DNA of 36,656 nt from a virus (Duplodnaviria; Caudoviricetes), in the IMG/VR virus record IMGVR_UViG_3300032281_001375, positions 1 through 36,656 of that record. One strand, given 5' to 3'. Numbering within the stretch: the first letter of the stretch is position 1; each line of letters opens with the position of its first letter. The position numbers and the translations under genes were made by a program. Below the pieces are notes generated by a model. That model saw only the letters and a list, made by a program, of their open reading frames with translations. It was not told where the DNA came from and did not search any database. Positions 1-9,624 of the stretch are shown in pieces.

Positions 1-3000
1 ACATCCGGTTCTTCAGGATCTAGTGGAACTTCAGGTTCTAGTGGATCTTCCGGAACATCCGGTTCTTCAGGATCTAGTGGAACTTCAGGTTCTAGTGGAT
101 CTTCCGGAACATCCGGTTCTTCAGGATCTAGTGGAACTTCAGGTTCTTCAGGATCTAGTGGAACTTCAGGTTCTAGTGGAACTTCCGGTACATCCGGTTC
201 TTCAGGATCTAGTGGAACTTCAGGTTCTAGTGGATCTTCCGGTACATCTGGGTCAAGTGGTCTTTTATCACTCACTGGAACAACAAATAATGGTGTAATA
301 ACCTTGGATGGTTCGGCTCCAAATGCAACAGTTGAATCTAATCTAACATTTGATGGTTCTACATTGGCTGTTACTGGGAATGTTACTGTTAGTGGTAGTT
401 TAACTATTTCTGGAACATCGACGACTGTTAACACTACAAACTTAACGGTTCAAGATCCTTTAATTTTATTAGCTTCTACTCAATCGGGTTCTCCAACTTT
501 AGACTCTGGATTGATGATTAATAGAGGAACTGGAGCGACACAAGCATTCATCTGGGATGAATCAGCGGATGAATTTGCTGTTGTTTCTACAAATAATGCG
601 GCTACAACACAAGGAGATATTACAATATCCTCTTATTCCAATTTAAGAGTTAATGGATTGACTGCTTCTCAAATAAAATTGACTACCGGGGCACAAGCAA
701 ATTACATATTAATATCAGATGCCACTGGTTTGGCATTTTGGACAGCATCTGTTCCGGGAACATCCGGAACTTCAGGTTCAAGTGGATCTTCGGGAACATC
801 CGGATCTTCAGGAACATCAGGAACATCAGGATCTAGTGGATCTTCAGGAACATCCGGATCTTCAGGAACATCAGGAACATCAGGATCTAGTGGATCTTCA
901 GGAACATCCGGATCTTCAGGAACATCCGGATCTTCAGGATCTAGCGGATCTTCAGGCACATCTGGATCTAGTGGAACATCAGGATCTTCAGGCACATCCG
1001 GATCTTCAGGAGCTAACGGATCTTCAGGCACATCAGGATCTTCAGGAACATCTGGATCTAGTGGAACACGAGGAACATCCGGTTCTTCAGGCACATCTGG
1101 ATCATCCGGATTAAGTGGTGTTAACGGAATAGACGGAACTAATGGAACTTCAGGGTCCTCAGGAACATCAGGATCTTCAGGAACATCTGGATCAAGTGGA
1201 TCTTCTGGAACATCCGGATCGTCAGGAGCTAACGGATCTTCAGGCACTTCAGGGTCTTCAGGAGCTAACGGATCTTCAGGCACTTCAGGGTCCTCAGGAA
1301 CATCCGGATCGTCAGGAGCTAACGGATCTTCAGGCACATCAGGATCTTCAGGCACATCAGGATCTTCAGGAGCTAACGGATCTTCAGGAACATCAGGAAC
1401 ACGAGGAACATCCGGTTCTTCAGGAGCTAACGGATCTTCAGGCACTTCAGGGTCCTCAGGAACATCTGGATCTTCGGGTTTATTGAGTTTAACAGGAACA
1501 ACAAATAATGGTGTTATTACTTTGAATACAACTGCACCAAACGCTACAGTTGAAACAAACTTAACGTTTGATGGTTCTACTTTATCAGTAACCGGAGATG
1601 TATCAGTTTCTGGTAATTTAATTATATCTGGAACTTCTACTACTGTCAATACAACAAATTTAACAGTCAAAGATCCAATAATACTCTTAGCATCAACACA
1701 ATCAGGAACACCAACTTTAGATTCTGGTTTTATGATTAATAGAGGAACTGGTGCAACACAGGCACTTATTTGGGATGAGTCTGTTGATGAGTTTTCTTTT
1801 ATATCAACTAATGATTCAGCGACCACACAGGGAGATATATCTATAAGTTCTTATTCGAACTTAAGAGTTAATGGACTTACCGTCTCTCAATTTAAAATGA
1901 CGACTGGTGCACAGTCAAACTACATATTAATGTCTGATGCAACAGGGTTTTCTTTTTGGACAGCATCTGTCCCGGGGACATCAGGAACACGAGGAACAAG
2001 TGGATCTTCAGGAACATCCGGATCTTCAGGAACATCCGGATCTTCAGGAACATCCGGATCTTCAGGAACATCCGGTTCTTCAGGCACATCAGGGTATAGT
2101 GGATCTTCAGGCTCTAGTGGATCTTCAGGAACATCAGGCTCTAGTGGATCTTCAGGAACATCCGGTTCTTCAGGCACATCAGGATCTTCAGGAGCTAACG
2201 GATCTTCAGGAACATCAGGCTCTAGTGGAACATCAGGTTCTTCAGGAGCTAACGGATCTTCAGGAACATCAGGATCTAGTGGAACTTCAGGGTCTTCAGG
2301 AACATCCGGCACAAGAGGAACATCAGGTTCTTCAGGAGCTAACGGATCTTCAGGAACATCAGGATCTTCAGGATCTAGTGGAACTTCAGGAACATCAGGA
2401 TCTTCAGGATCTAGTGGAACTTCAGGATCTTCAGGAGCTAACGGATCTTCAGGAACATCAGGATCTAGTGGAGCATCAGGCCTTCCAGGAGCACCTGGAT
2501 CTTCAGGAACATCAGGATCTAGTGGCACAGGATTTTCTTCAATAACACCAACAACCGATAAGAATGTTTTAACGGCAAACGGAACTCCAGACTCGGCAAG
2601 GAGTGAACCTAATCTTATTTTTGACGGAACGTTCAATTCACCCGTTGCCGGCCAACTAAAGGTGAGAGGAGATGTTTACTCTTCTATAAAGGATCTTGTA
2701 ATGAACACTAGTTACACATCCATAATTTCTGGAACAACCGGAGATAGTAGGAGTATTTACGTAGATAACTCAAATTGTGTCTCAAGCGGAGACAGCCAAG
2801 TTGGAGCTTATTTTTTAATTTCTGGAGTTGATACCTCATTACCTCTCCCATTCGGACCTGGAATCTCCTCAACTAAAACTGGAATTCAAATCGCTGTTAG
2901 TGGTGCTGCAAGAACTAACACTGGAATTGCCATCGACGTTCAAGATGGTGTCAGAAATTACTCTATTATTACTAATAATGGATTTGCGCAATTTAACGCC

Positions 3001-3600
3001 AACAATGACGACTCCTCTGGTTTTATGATTCAAGGAGGGTCATTTAGTTTTGAAACTTTGTTTTCTGCAGATCCTTATAAAGACAGTGTTACAATTGGAA
3101 GTTACCCTTCATTTCTTAATATAAGAAAATTTAATGTAAATGGTAATTATTCATTTATGCATGACCCAACTGCCAGTGGAGCAAAACAAAACCACGGGTT
3201 ATCTGCTTCTCTTGTTGAAGGATACGGAGACATAGTAACTTTTGGAAGTGGATCATTAACGGCTGGTCTTTTATATTTTTTAGACACTACCGGGGCATGG
3301 GACCTAACAGATGCGGGGGGCACTGCAAAATCAACATCACTTCTTGCAATAGCCTTGGGAGGGAGTCCCTCAGATGGGATGCTTATAAAAGGTTATGTAA
3401 TTAATAGTAGTTGGTCAGGATTTGGAATAGGTGTGCCCCTGTTTATTGCTGTTGCTGCTTCTCCATCGCTTTTAGGAACAATTGATGCTGCTGCACCAAC
3501 ATCACCAGGTGAAGTCGTCAGAATTATAGGTCATAGTATAAATACAAATTCGGATGGTGTAATTCATTTTAATCCATCTAATGATTGGATAGAGTTATAA
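1..3600 (+). CDS. Long virion fibre protein with Gly-Ser/Thr collagen-like (G-X-Y) repeats; 5'-truncated by the window edge
   Basis: Frame 1 is open from base 1 (TSGSSGSSGT...) to TAA at 3598-3600, so the ORF-track start at 304 is internal. Three GSS/GTS/GAN tracts alternate with a duplicated 166-aa domain, followed by a unique C-terminal region. Confidence 0.8.
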   Translation, partial: TSGSSGSSGTSGSSGSSGTSGSSGSSGTSGSSGSSGTSGSSGSSGTSGSSGSSGTSGSSGTSGTSGSSGSSGTSGSSGSSGTSGSSGLLSLTGTTNNGVITLDGSAPNATVESNLTFDGSTLAVTGNVTVSGSLTISGTSTTVNTTNLTVQDPLILLASTQSGSPTLDSGLMINRGTGATQAFIWDESADEFAVVSTNNAATTQGDITISSYSNLRVNGLTASQIKLTTGAQANYILISDATGLAFWTASVPGTSGTSGSSGSSGTSGSSGTSGTSGSSGSSGTSGSSGTSGTSGSSGSSGTSGSSGTSGSSGSSGSSGTSGSSGTSGSSGTSGSSGANGSSGTSGSSGTSGSSGTRGTSGSSGTSGSSGLSGVNGIDGTNGTSGSSGTSGSSGTSGSSGSSGTSGSSGANGSSGTSGSSGANGSSGTSGSSGTSGSSGANGSSGTSGSSGTSGSSGANGSSGTSGTRGTSGSSGANGSSGTSGSSGTSGSSGLLSLTGTTNNGVITLNTTAPNATVETNLTFDGSTLSVTGDVSVSGNLIISGTSTTVNTTNLTVKDPIILLASTQSGTPTLDSGFMINRGTGATQALIWDESVDEFSFISTNDSATTQGDISISSYSNLRVNGLTVSQFKMTTGAQSNYILMSDATGFSFWTASVPGTSGTRGTSGSSGTSGSSGTSGSSGTSGSSGTSGSSGTSGYSGSSGSSGSSGTSGSSGSSGTSGSSGTSGSSGANGSSGTSGSSGTSGSSGANGSSGTSGSSGTSGSSGTSGTRGTSGSSGANGSSGTSGSSGSSGTSGTSGSSGSSGTSGSSGANGSSGTSGSSGASGLPGAPGSSGTSGSSGTGFSSITPTTDKNVLTANGTPDSARSEPNLIFDGTFNSPVAGQLKVRGDVYSSIKDLVMNTSYTSIISGTTGDSRSIYVDNSNCVSSGDSQVGAYFLISGVDTSLPLPFGPGISSTKTGIQIAVSGAARTNTGIAIDVQDGVRNYSIITNNGFAQFNANNDDSSGFMIQGGSFSFETLFSADPYKDSVTIGSYPSFLNIRKFNVNGNYSFMHDPTASGAKQNHGLSASLVEGYGDIVTFGSGSLTAGLLYFLDTTGAWDLTDAGGTAKSTSLLAIALGGSPSDGMLIKGYVINSSWSGFGIGVPLFIAVAASPSLLGTIDAAAPTSPGEVVRIIGHSINTNSDGVIHFNPSNDWIEL
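262..1977 (+). repeat. Internal duplication of a 166-aa domain (262-759 and 1480-1977)
   Basis: Both copies read LLSLTGTTNNGVITL...NLTFDGSTL...DP.ILLASTQSG.PTLDSG.MINRGTGATQA.IWDES.DEF...FWTASVPG, are 498 nt long and differ by many synonymous changes. Confidence 0.95.
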
Positions 3601-3602
3601 TT

Positions 3603-3965
3603 ATGGGAAAAATAAACGGAGTTGATATTATTATAATTACTAAATTAAATGGTAAAAATTTAGTAGACATAACAAAAGTAAAAGGTAAATCAACAGAATT
3701 AATACCGAGTTGGCCAAGAAGACCACCACCGGAATGCTCTCCTACTCTATTAAGAGGGCCTGCTCCTTCTGAGAGGATTGTGTGTGACTTCGACTACATT
3801 ACATATGATTTTAACATAAGTTCAGAACTTATTTTCTTAGAAGGATATTGTGGAAATACAGAAAATTACGCACCAAGTGGATATTATGCTAATGAGTCTG
3901 GTTTTATTTACCTATGGGACTCTACTCTGCCCTCCCTAACAGATGTCGGTATGTGTGGACCCTAA
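3603..3965 (+). CDS. Small putative fibre-associated protein
   Basis: ATG 2 nt after the fibre stop; N-terminal K(I/L/V)(N/K)G repeats, Pro linker, then a Cys-containing domain. Confidence 0.55.
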   Translation: MGKINGVDIIIITKLNGKNLVDITKVKGKSTELIPSWPRRPPPECSPTLLRGPAPSERIVCDFDYITYDFNISSELIFLEGYCGNTENYAPSGYYANESGFIYLWDSTLPSLTDVGMCGP

Positions 3966-4106
3966 TAATTGTCAATGCGTGTTTGTGACACGTAATTACT
4001 TTCTATTATCAATCTAAATTATTATAATACGAGGGGAAAATATAATTTTTAAAAAAATAAACTGAAAACAAAACCATTTTTTTTATTTATAATAAATAAA
4101 AAATCT

Positions 4107-5756
4107 ATGAGATTACTCTTTGTAAGCCCACACTTATCTACTGGTGGTCTTCCTCAATTTTTACTTAAGAAAATAGAAGTTTTAAATGATACATTTGATA
4201 TATGGTGTATCGAATGGGATAATATTACAGGTGGTCAACTCGTTGTTCAAAGAAATCAGATACAAAGTTTATTAGGTAGTAAGTTAATTACTATGAATGA
4301 TAAAAATAAATTTCTTTCTATTGTTGATGAGATTAACCCCGATGTGATTCATTTTGAAGAGTTTCCTGAAACATTTATACCAGATGAATATCTAAATGAA
4401 TTATATAAGTCTAATTATAAGATTTGTGAAACCACACACGGCACACTTTTTAATCCGAATGATAAGATAACAACTGCTGATAAAACACTTTTTGTATCTA
4501 AATACAATTTGTCTCAATATTTTAATCAAAAATCTGATTTTGATTTAATAGAGTATCCTGTTAAAAGTGATGAACTTAAAAAACAATTTTTCAATGAGCT
4601 TGGATTAGATCCGTCAAAAAAACATGTCTTAAATGTTGGACTTTTCACTTCTGGTAAAAATCAAGCAGAAATATTTGAAATTGCTAAAGATTTTGATGAT
4701 AGTGTTCAATTTCACTTTTTAGGAAATCAAGCTGGTAATTTCGAGTCTTATTGGAAACCATTAATGGAAAACAAACCACAAAACTGTCAAGTTTGGGGTG
4801 AAAGAAATGACGTTTATAAATTTTATACAATTGCTGATTTATTTTTATTTACTTCAAATTTAGAAAATAAACCACTTTGTATAAGCGAAGCACTAAACCA
4901 TAATCTTCCTATTTTAATGAAGTGGCTACCTAACTATTCTGATATTTTTAATCATGATAATATTAGTTTTTTATCAACTTTAAAAAGTGATAATGTTAAG
5001 AAGATTAAAGATATTTTAGGTTTAAATGAATTTATTAAAGTTGAAAATAAATTCGAAAAGGTGAAAAATATTTCAGAAAAAGTTGATAAGTTAGACAATG
5101 AATACAAAATCTCAGCATATCATATGTTGACGGATATTGATACTGATAGAGAAGTTGCTTCTTTAATTTCACTTTCAAAATTATCAAATTATGGTGTTCA
5201 TTATCATACTTGTATTAATAAAAGATATAAAGACCTACCACCAATTGACAATTGTGAATATCCAGATAAAGTTTCTATGGAACCAGGTGGTAAATTAACA
5301 CCTGGTCACTATGGGTGTTATTTAGCACATAAAGGAGCTTTTTATGAAGGATATAAAAGTGATAGTGATTTTATATTGATTTTTGAGTGTGATGCTGTTA
5401 TTGATGTTGATTATAAAGAATTCATTGATAAAATGAACTTTGCTTGTGATGTTTTAAATAATGATTCTGAATTACTAATGTTTTCTTTTGGATTTCACAA
5501 TAACACAAATATAATTGATAAGAATGATGGTTACTGGACCGTCAATAAGTTCTACGGAGCACATGCTTACTTAATACCAAAACGTTCATTTATAATAATT
5601 GATGAGATGTATCAAAATTGCAAATGGAATGTAACAGATTTACTTTTCGCTGAAAAGTTAGATATGTATAAAACAGGAATATTTGAAAGTCCAATAACAA
5701 AACAAGCGGCTGGTCTTTCAATTTTAGATAAAGTTTACCATGAAGAAAGATACTAA
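4107..5756 (+). CDS. Two-domain glycosyltransferase (GT4-like GT-B fold plus GT25-like domain)
   Basis: MRLLFVSPHLSTGG, LNVGLF..GKNQ, ADLFLFTS.LE..P..ISEAL (GT4); C-terminal GCYLAH, ILIFECDA, GAHAYLI (GT25-like). Confidence 0.8.
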   Translation: MRLLFVSPHLSTGGLPQFLLKKIEVLNDTFDIWCIEWDNITGGQLVVQRNQIQSLLGSKLITMNDKNKFLSIVDEINPDVIHFEEFPETFIPDEYLNELYKSNYKICETTHGTLFNPNDKITTADKTLFVSKYNLSQYFNQKSDFDLIEYPVKSDELKKQFFNELGLDPSKKHVLNVGLFTSGKNQAEIFEIAKDFDDSVQFHFLGNQAGNFESYWKPLMENKPQNCQVWGERNDVYKFYTIADLFLFTSNLENKPLCISEALNHNLPILMKWLPNYSDIFNHDNISFLSTLKSDNVKKIKDILGLNEFIKVENKFEKVKNISEKVDKLDNEYKISAYHMLTDIDTDREVASLISLSKLSNYGVHYHTCINKRYKDLPPIDNCEYPDKVSMEPGGKLTPGHYGCYLAHKGAFYEGYKSDSDFILIFECDAVIDVDYKEFIDKMNFACDVLNNDSELLMFSFGFHNNTNIIDKNDGYWTVNKFYGAHAYLIPKRSFIIIDEMYQNCKWNVTDLLFAEKLDMYKTGIFESPITKQAAGLSILDKVYHEERY

Positions 5757-7314
5757 AATAGGATTTATTATTACTTACTTTCATAATTCAAATGAAGGTT
5801 TAGAATTACTTAAAGAGAATCTAAGGATTTTGTCCAGAGAAAACTATTACTTAGTTTTAGCTAGTCATTCTCCTTTAGATGTTGATTTGCAAAAAATGTG
5901 TGACTATTACTTCTATCAATCAAAAAATATTATTGATGATAGAAAATATTCACACGGAGTTGCTGAAAGCAATTTAATAGAAATATCATTAAATCATCTA
6001 AAACAACATTCAATTGATTGGACTTATAAAGTTACTTATGATATTGATATTTTAGATGTTAGTGAATTTAAAAAATGGATAGTAGAAGATTGTCAATTTG
6101 TATCTTGTAAATGGGGTGACAATGTTATTTGCACTAACTCTTTCTTTGCTAATGTTAGTTTATTATTGGACAACGTTACCTTTTACAAAACTATTGATGA
6201 GATGTTTGCTGTAAACAATGTATTAGAAAATTGTTGGGAACATGATTTTAGAACAAAAAATTTATTGAGTAAAACCTATGCTTTTTCAGATAAACAAACT
6301 TTTTATGGTGTTAATAAAATTGATAAATTGTTTTATGACTATAACCAAGTTGAGTTTTGGTTTGCCCCTGAAGAAAGCAAGTTTTACATTAAGTCTTCTT
6401 TAGATAAATCTGTTCATTTAAGAATTTTTGATTATTATACCGATATTTGTATTTACTTAAATAAAGATTTTAGTTTATCAAAAGATGGTATTTTTTGGAT
6501 AATTCCACCATTTAGTAATAATTTAAGTAAGGTGAAAAATGGATTCTATATTGAGATTTATTTAGATGATAGAACAATCGTTAAGAATATTTTAGTAAAG
6601 GATTTTGACTGGAAACACACATTGTCTAAAAAGTTTAAATTAATAAAAGGAACAGAGGTTAAATTCAATGAATTTTCTGATTTTGATGATATGAGTATCT
6701 ATGATATTTTCGATTTTGACATTAATTCTATTAATAATTATGTTGATATAGGAGCTAACTATGGAATGTCTAGTGTTGCTTTTGTTGAAAAAGGTATAAA
6801 AACATATATGGTCGAAGCTGACTTAGATAATGTAGAAATATTAAAAAGAATGTGGGATAAGAATTCTAAAATCAAAATTATTGATAAAGCGATATCTAAT
6901 AAAAACGGAGAAATTGAATTTTATTTAAGTCCTGGTATTGGATCTGTTGTTTCTTCTTTATATGAGGTGGATGCAAATGGTAATAATATTGACCGTAAAA
7001 AGGTTATTGTTCAATCAATAACACCAAATAAATTCATCGAAGAATATGTTGATGAAAGTTCAATTGATCTTATGAAGATTGATATAGAAGGAGCTGAGTA
7101 TGATTTTTTTGAATCTATAACAGATGAGAATATTAAAAAGGTAAAAAGATTTATAATTGAATATCATAATAATGATGATTATAAAGCAATGAATATAATT
7201 GCAAAGCTGACAAAGAATAATTTTAAGTTTAAATTATCAAAATGGAGTACAAATTGTAGTGATTATATAATAGAAAATAAAATGGGAGTAATATATGCAG
7301 AAAGGATTATTTAA
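5740..7314 (+). CDS. FkbM-family methyltransferase with an N-terminal uncharacterised, possibly GT-A-like, domain
   Basis: VDIGANYG, IDLMKIDIEGAE and IIEYH motifs in the C-terminal third. Confidence 0.8.
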   Translation: MKKDTKIGFIITYFHNSNEGLELLKENLRILSRENYYLVLASHSPLDVDLQKMCDYYFYQSKNIIDDRKYSHGVAESNLIEISLNHLKQHSIDWTYKVTYDIDILDVSEFKKWIVEDCQFVSCKWGDNVICTNSFFANVSLLLDNVTFYKTIDEMFAVNNVLENCWEHDFRTKNLLSKTYAFSDKQTFYGVNKIDKLFYDYNQVEFWFAPEESKFYIKSSLDKSVHLRIFDYYTDICIYLNKDFSLSKDGIFWIIPPFSNNLSKVKNGFYIEIYLDDRTIVKNILVKDFDWKHTLSKKFKLIKGTEVKFNEFSDFDDMSIYDIFDFDINSINNYVDIGANYGMSSVAFVEKGIKTYMVEADLDNVEILKRMWDKNSKIKIIDKAISNKNGEIEFYLSPGIGSVVSSLYEVDANGNNIDRKKVIVQSITPNKFIEEYVDESSIDLMKIDIEGAEYDFFESITDENIKKVKRFIIEYHNNDDYKAMNIIAKLTKNNFKFKLSKWSTNCSDYIIENKMGVIYAERII

Positions 7315-9607
7315 TTACGTTATTAAAGATAATCGACTTCGGATAACTAATTTAGAAGATAGAGTAGTATCTACAAAAATTATAGTTTTTGGGGTATCTT
7401 ATCAGTGTTTGGTAGACACTACAATTGATTTTCTTCCACTTGAAGAAAGGATTTTAAATTTTATATCATCACCATTCATCGGTGTTGATTTGTCAAATAA
7501 AATGACTATTAGAATTTATGAGAATGGTAAAAAAGTTGTAGATGATTATGTTTCTAATCATATCGAAAAAGCATATGTCATAATTTCTGATGATAAATAT
7601 GAAGGAATAGCTTCAAAATTGTTAGATGGATTGGATAAATATTCAAATGTTCCTATTTTACACTACACTATCAACTATGATTCTAAATTAGATTATAGAA
7701 ATTTAACAAATATAAGGTTTGATGTTCCTGGTGACTCAGATCAACAATATATGCAATTTATGAAAGCTCCTGTTTTTATAGATGTTATTGAAAGAGGTGT
7801 TGAAAATGCGGTTTTCATAGATTCAGATATACAAGTAAGACCAAATATTGACAATTTATTTAATATTCCTCAGATTACAAAAGGTCCAATTATACAAAAA
7901 CAAAGATGGGACTATGTTATTGCCAATGGTATGTATACTCCTGGTCCTCAAGTTTCAGAGTTTATGGGATTTGACGTGAAAAACTTTAAACAACCTTATC
8001 CAAATGGTATAACTTTTTTAGTCATTTTTAATTCTTCTCATTTAGAATTGTTTAAAGAGTGGAAAAAGATATGTTTTTCTGAAGAAATACAAAAAATTAG
8101 AAAAACAGAATTTTTACACGATGAATTATTATTAAATTGTTTACTTTGGAAACACAAAATGCCGCCTTATCTGATTACAGTCGGATTGAATGTTAGAAAT
8201 GAAAAAGATGTTAATTTTTTCTATCAACATCCTAATTTTACTGGTGAGTTTTTATCAGATATGAATGATTGGGGTTTGGGACACTATAGTCAATCACATA
8301 TACCATTTGATAAAAATGATATTTTATTTTTTCACTGTGTTAAAGAATTACATGTTGCTGAAAATATAAATAAAATTATCTATAGAAATGAGTTAGCATC
8401 TAATGATGAAAACTTATTCAAAGAAAAATTGATTGACTTTTATCAAAATATAAATGATAATAAATCAATTAAAAAAATTAAACCAAAATTCAGTGTGTTA
8501 TTTCATGAAGGAGCTTTTTTAGAAGTTAGAAATACACTTAAAGATTACAATGTTCAATTTATTGATACGGATACTCAGAGAGTGGTTTATAATTTAACAC
8601 TACAGAATAATACTTGGGCTAAAACAAGTTCACAATATTTTGTTCCGTGGAAAATTATTGCACAAAACGATGAAGATAGATTTGAATATGACTTAGACTT
8701 TACTGGTCAAAGAATTTTAATAACTTTTGAATCTTCGGCTTTAGGTGATTCATTAGCTTGGATTCCTTATGTAGATGAATTCAGAAAAAAATGGAATTGT
8801 CAAGTTTTTTGTTCAACTTTTTGGAATAATCTTTTCGAAAGTGGTTATCCAGAAATTAATTTTATTAAACCAGGTCAATCTGTTCCTAATGTTTTAGGTG
8901 TTTATCGAATAGGTTGGTTTTACAATGGTGATGAGATTAAATCTACAAATCATAAAAATAATTTCCGACTTCAACCAATGCAGAAAACCGCTACAGATAT
9001 TCTTGGATTGGATTTCACAGAAATTAAGCCTAAGCTAAACTTAGATAAGTCAATTAAAAGAGAAAAGATAATTTCAATTGGTATTCATGGAACAGCTCAA
9101 ACAAAATACTGGAATAATCCAGAAGGTTGGCAGAAGATTACTGACTATTTTATATCACTTGGATATGAAGTTGTGATACTATCAAAAGAAGGACATGACT
9201 ATATGGGTAATAAACATCCAGTTGGTGCTAAAAAAGCAAACACTTCGTCTATTGAAGAAGTAATTCAATATATGCAAAAATCGGCACTTTTTATTGGAAT
9301 CGGTTCTGGTCTTAGTTGGTTAAGTTGGGCTACGCAGACTCCTACCGTATTGATTTCAGGATTCAGTTATAACTATACAGAACCGACAAACGGAGTAATA
9401 AGAATCAATTCAGAAGATGGTAAATGTTCGGGTTGTTTCAATGATTTCAGATTAGATCCGGGAGATTGGAATTGGTGTCCTGTTCATAAAGGAACTGAAA
9501 GACATTTTGAGTGCACTAAATCAATAACAGCAGAAAAAGTAATTTCTGAAATAGAAAAATCTGGCATACTTAATCAATATGAAATAAATAATGAGTATAG
9601 AATTTAA
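7295..9607 (+). CDS. GT-A-like domain fused to an Aah/TibC (BAHT)-type protein O-glycosyltransferase domain
   Basis: N-half FIDSD (DxD); C-half ESSALGDSLAWIPYVDEF, FIGIGSGLSWLSWA, TVLISGFS and C-x2-C-x13-C-x11-C (CSGC...WNWCP...FEC), resembling autotransporter heptosyltransferases. Confidence 0.8.
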   Translation: MQKGLFNYVIKDNRLRITNLEDRVVSTKIIVFGVSYQCLVDTTIDFLPLEERILNFISSPFIGVDLSNKMTIRIYENGKKVVDDYVSNHIEKAYVIISDDKYEGIASKLLDGLDKYSNVPILHYTINYDSKLDYRNLTNIRFDVPGDSDQQYMQFMKAPVFIDVIERGVENAVFIDSDIQVRPNIDNLFNIPQITKGPIIQKQRWDYVIANGMYTPGPQVSEFMGFDVKNFKQPYPNGITFLVIFNSSHLELFKEWKKICFSEEIQKIRKTEFLHDELLLNCLLWKHKMPPYLITVGLNVRNEKDVNFFYQHPNFTGEFLSDMNDWGLGHYSQSHIPFDKNDILFFHCVKELHVAENINKIIYRNELASNDENLFKEKLIDFYQNINDNKSIKKIKPKFSVLFHEGAFLEVRNTLKDYNVQFIDTDTQRVVYNLTLQNNTWAKTSSQYFVPWKIIAQNDEDRFEYDLDFTGQRILITFESSALGDSLAWIPYVDEFRKKWNCQVFCSTFWNNLFESGYPEINFIKPGQSVPNVLGVYRIGWFYNGDEIKSTNHKNNFRLQPMQKTATDILGLDFTEIKPKLNLDKSIKREKIISIGIHGTAQTKYWNNPEGWQKITDYFISLGYEVVILSKEGHDYMGNKHPVGAKKANTSSIEEVIQYMQKSALFIGIGSGLSWLSWATQTPTVLISGFSYNYTEPTNGVIRINSEDGKCSGCFNDFRLDPGDWNWCPVHKGTERHFECTKSITAEKVISEIEKSGILNQYEINNEYRI

Positions 9608-9613
9608 TATATA
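9605..9613 (+). promoter_or_regulatory. TAATATATA putative late promoter
   Basis: 11 nt upstream of the nucleotidyltransferase ATG; recurrent motif. Confidence 0.6.
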
Positions 9614-9624
9614 CTTTACTCATT

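Noticed and set aside
262-1977. Diversity-generating retroelement TR/VR pair
   Set aside because: Differences are not adenine-specific, both copies are coding, and no reverse transcriptase is present in the window.
23-2636. Overlapping ORFs 23-298, 702-1826(-), 719-1114, 1142-1486, 1892-2089(-), 1920-2636(-), 1937-2545
   Set aside because: Shadow frames of the stop-poor 9-nt repeats of the fibre gene.
3966-4106. Small hairpin CGTGT-TTGTG-ACACG in the intergenic gap as an ncRNA
   Set aside because: Only 5 bp with no further support.
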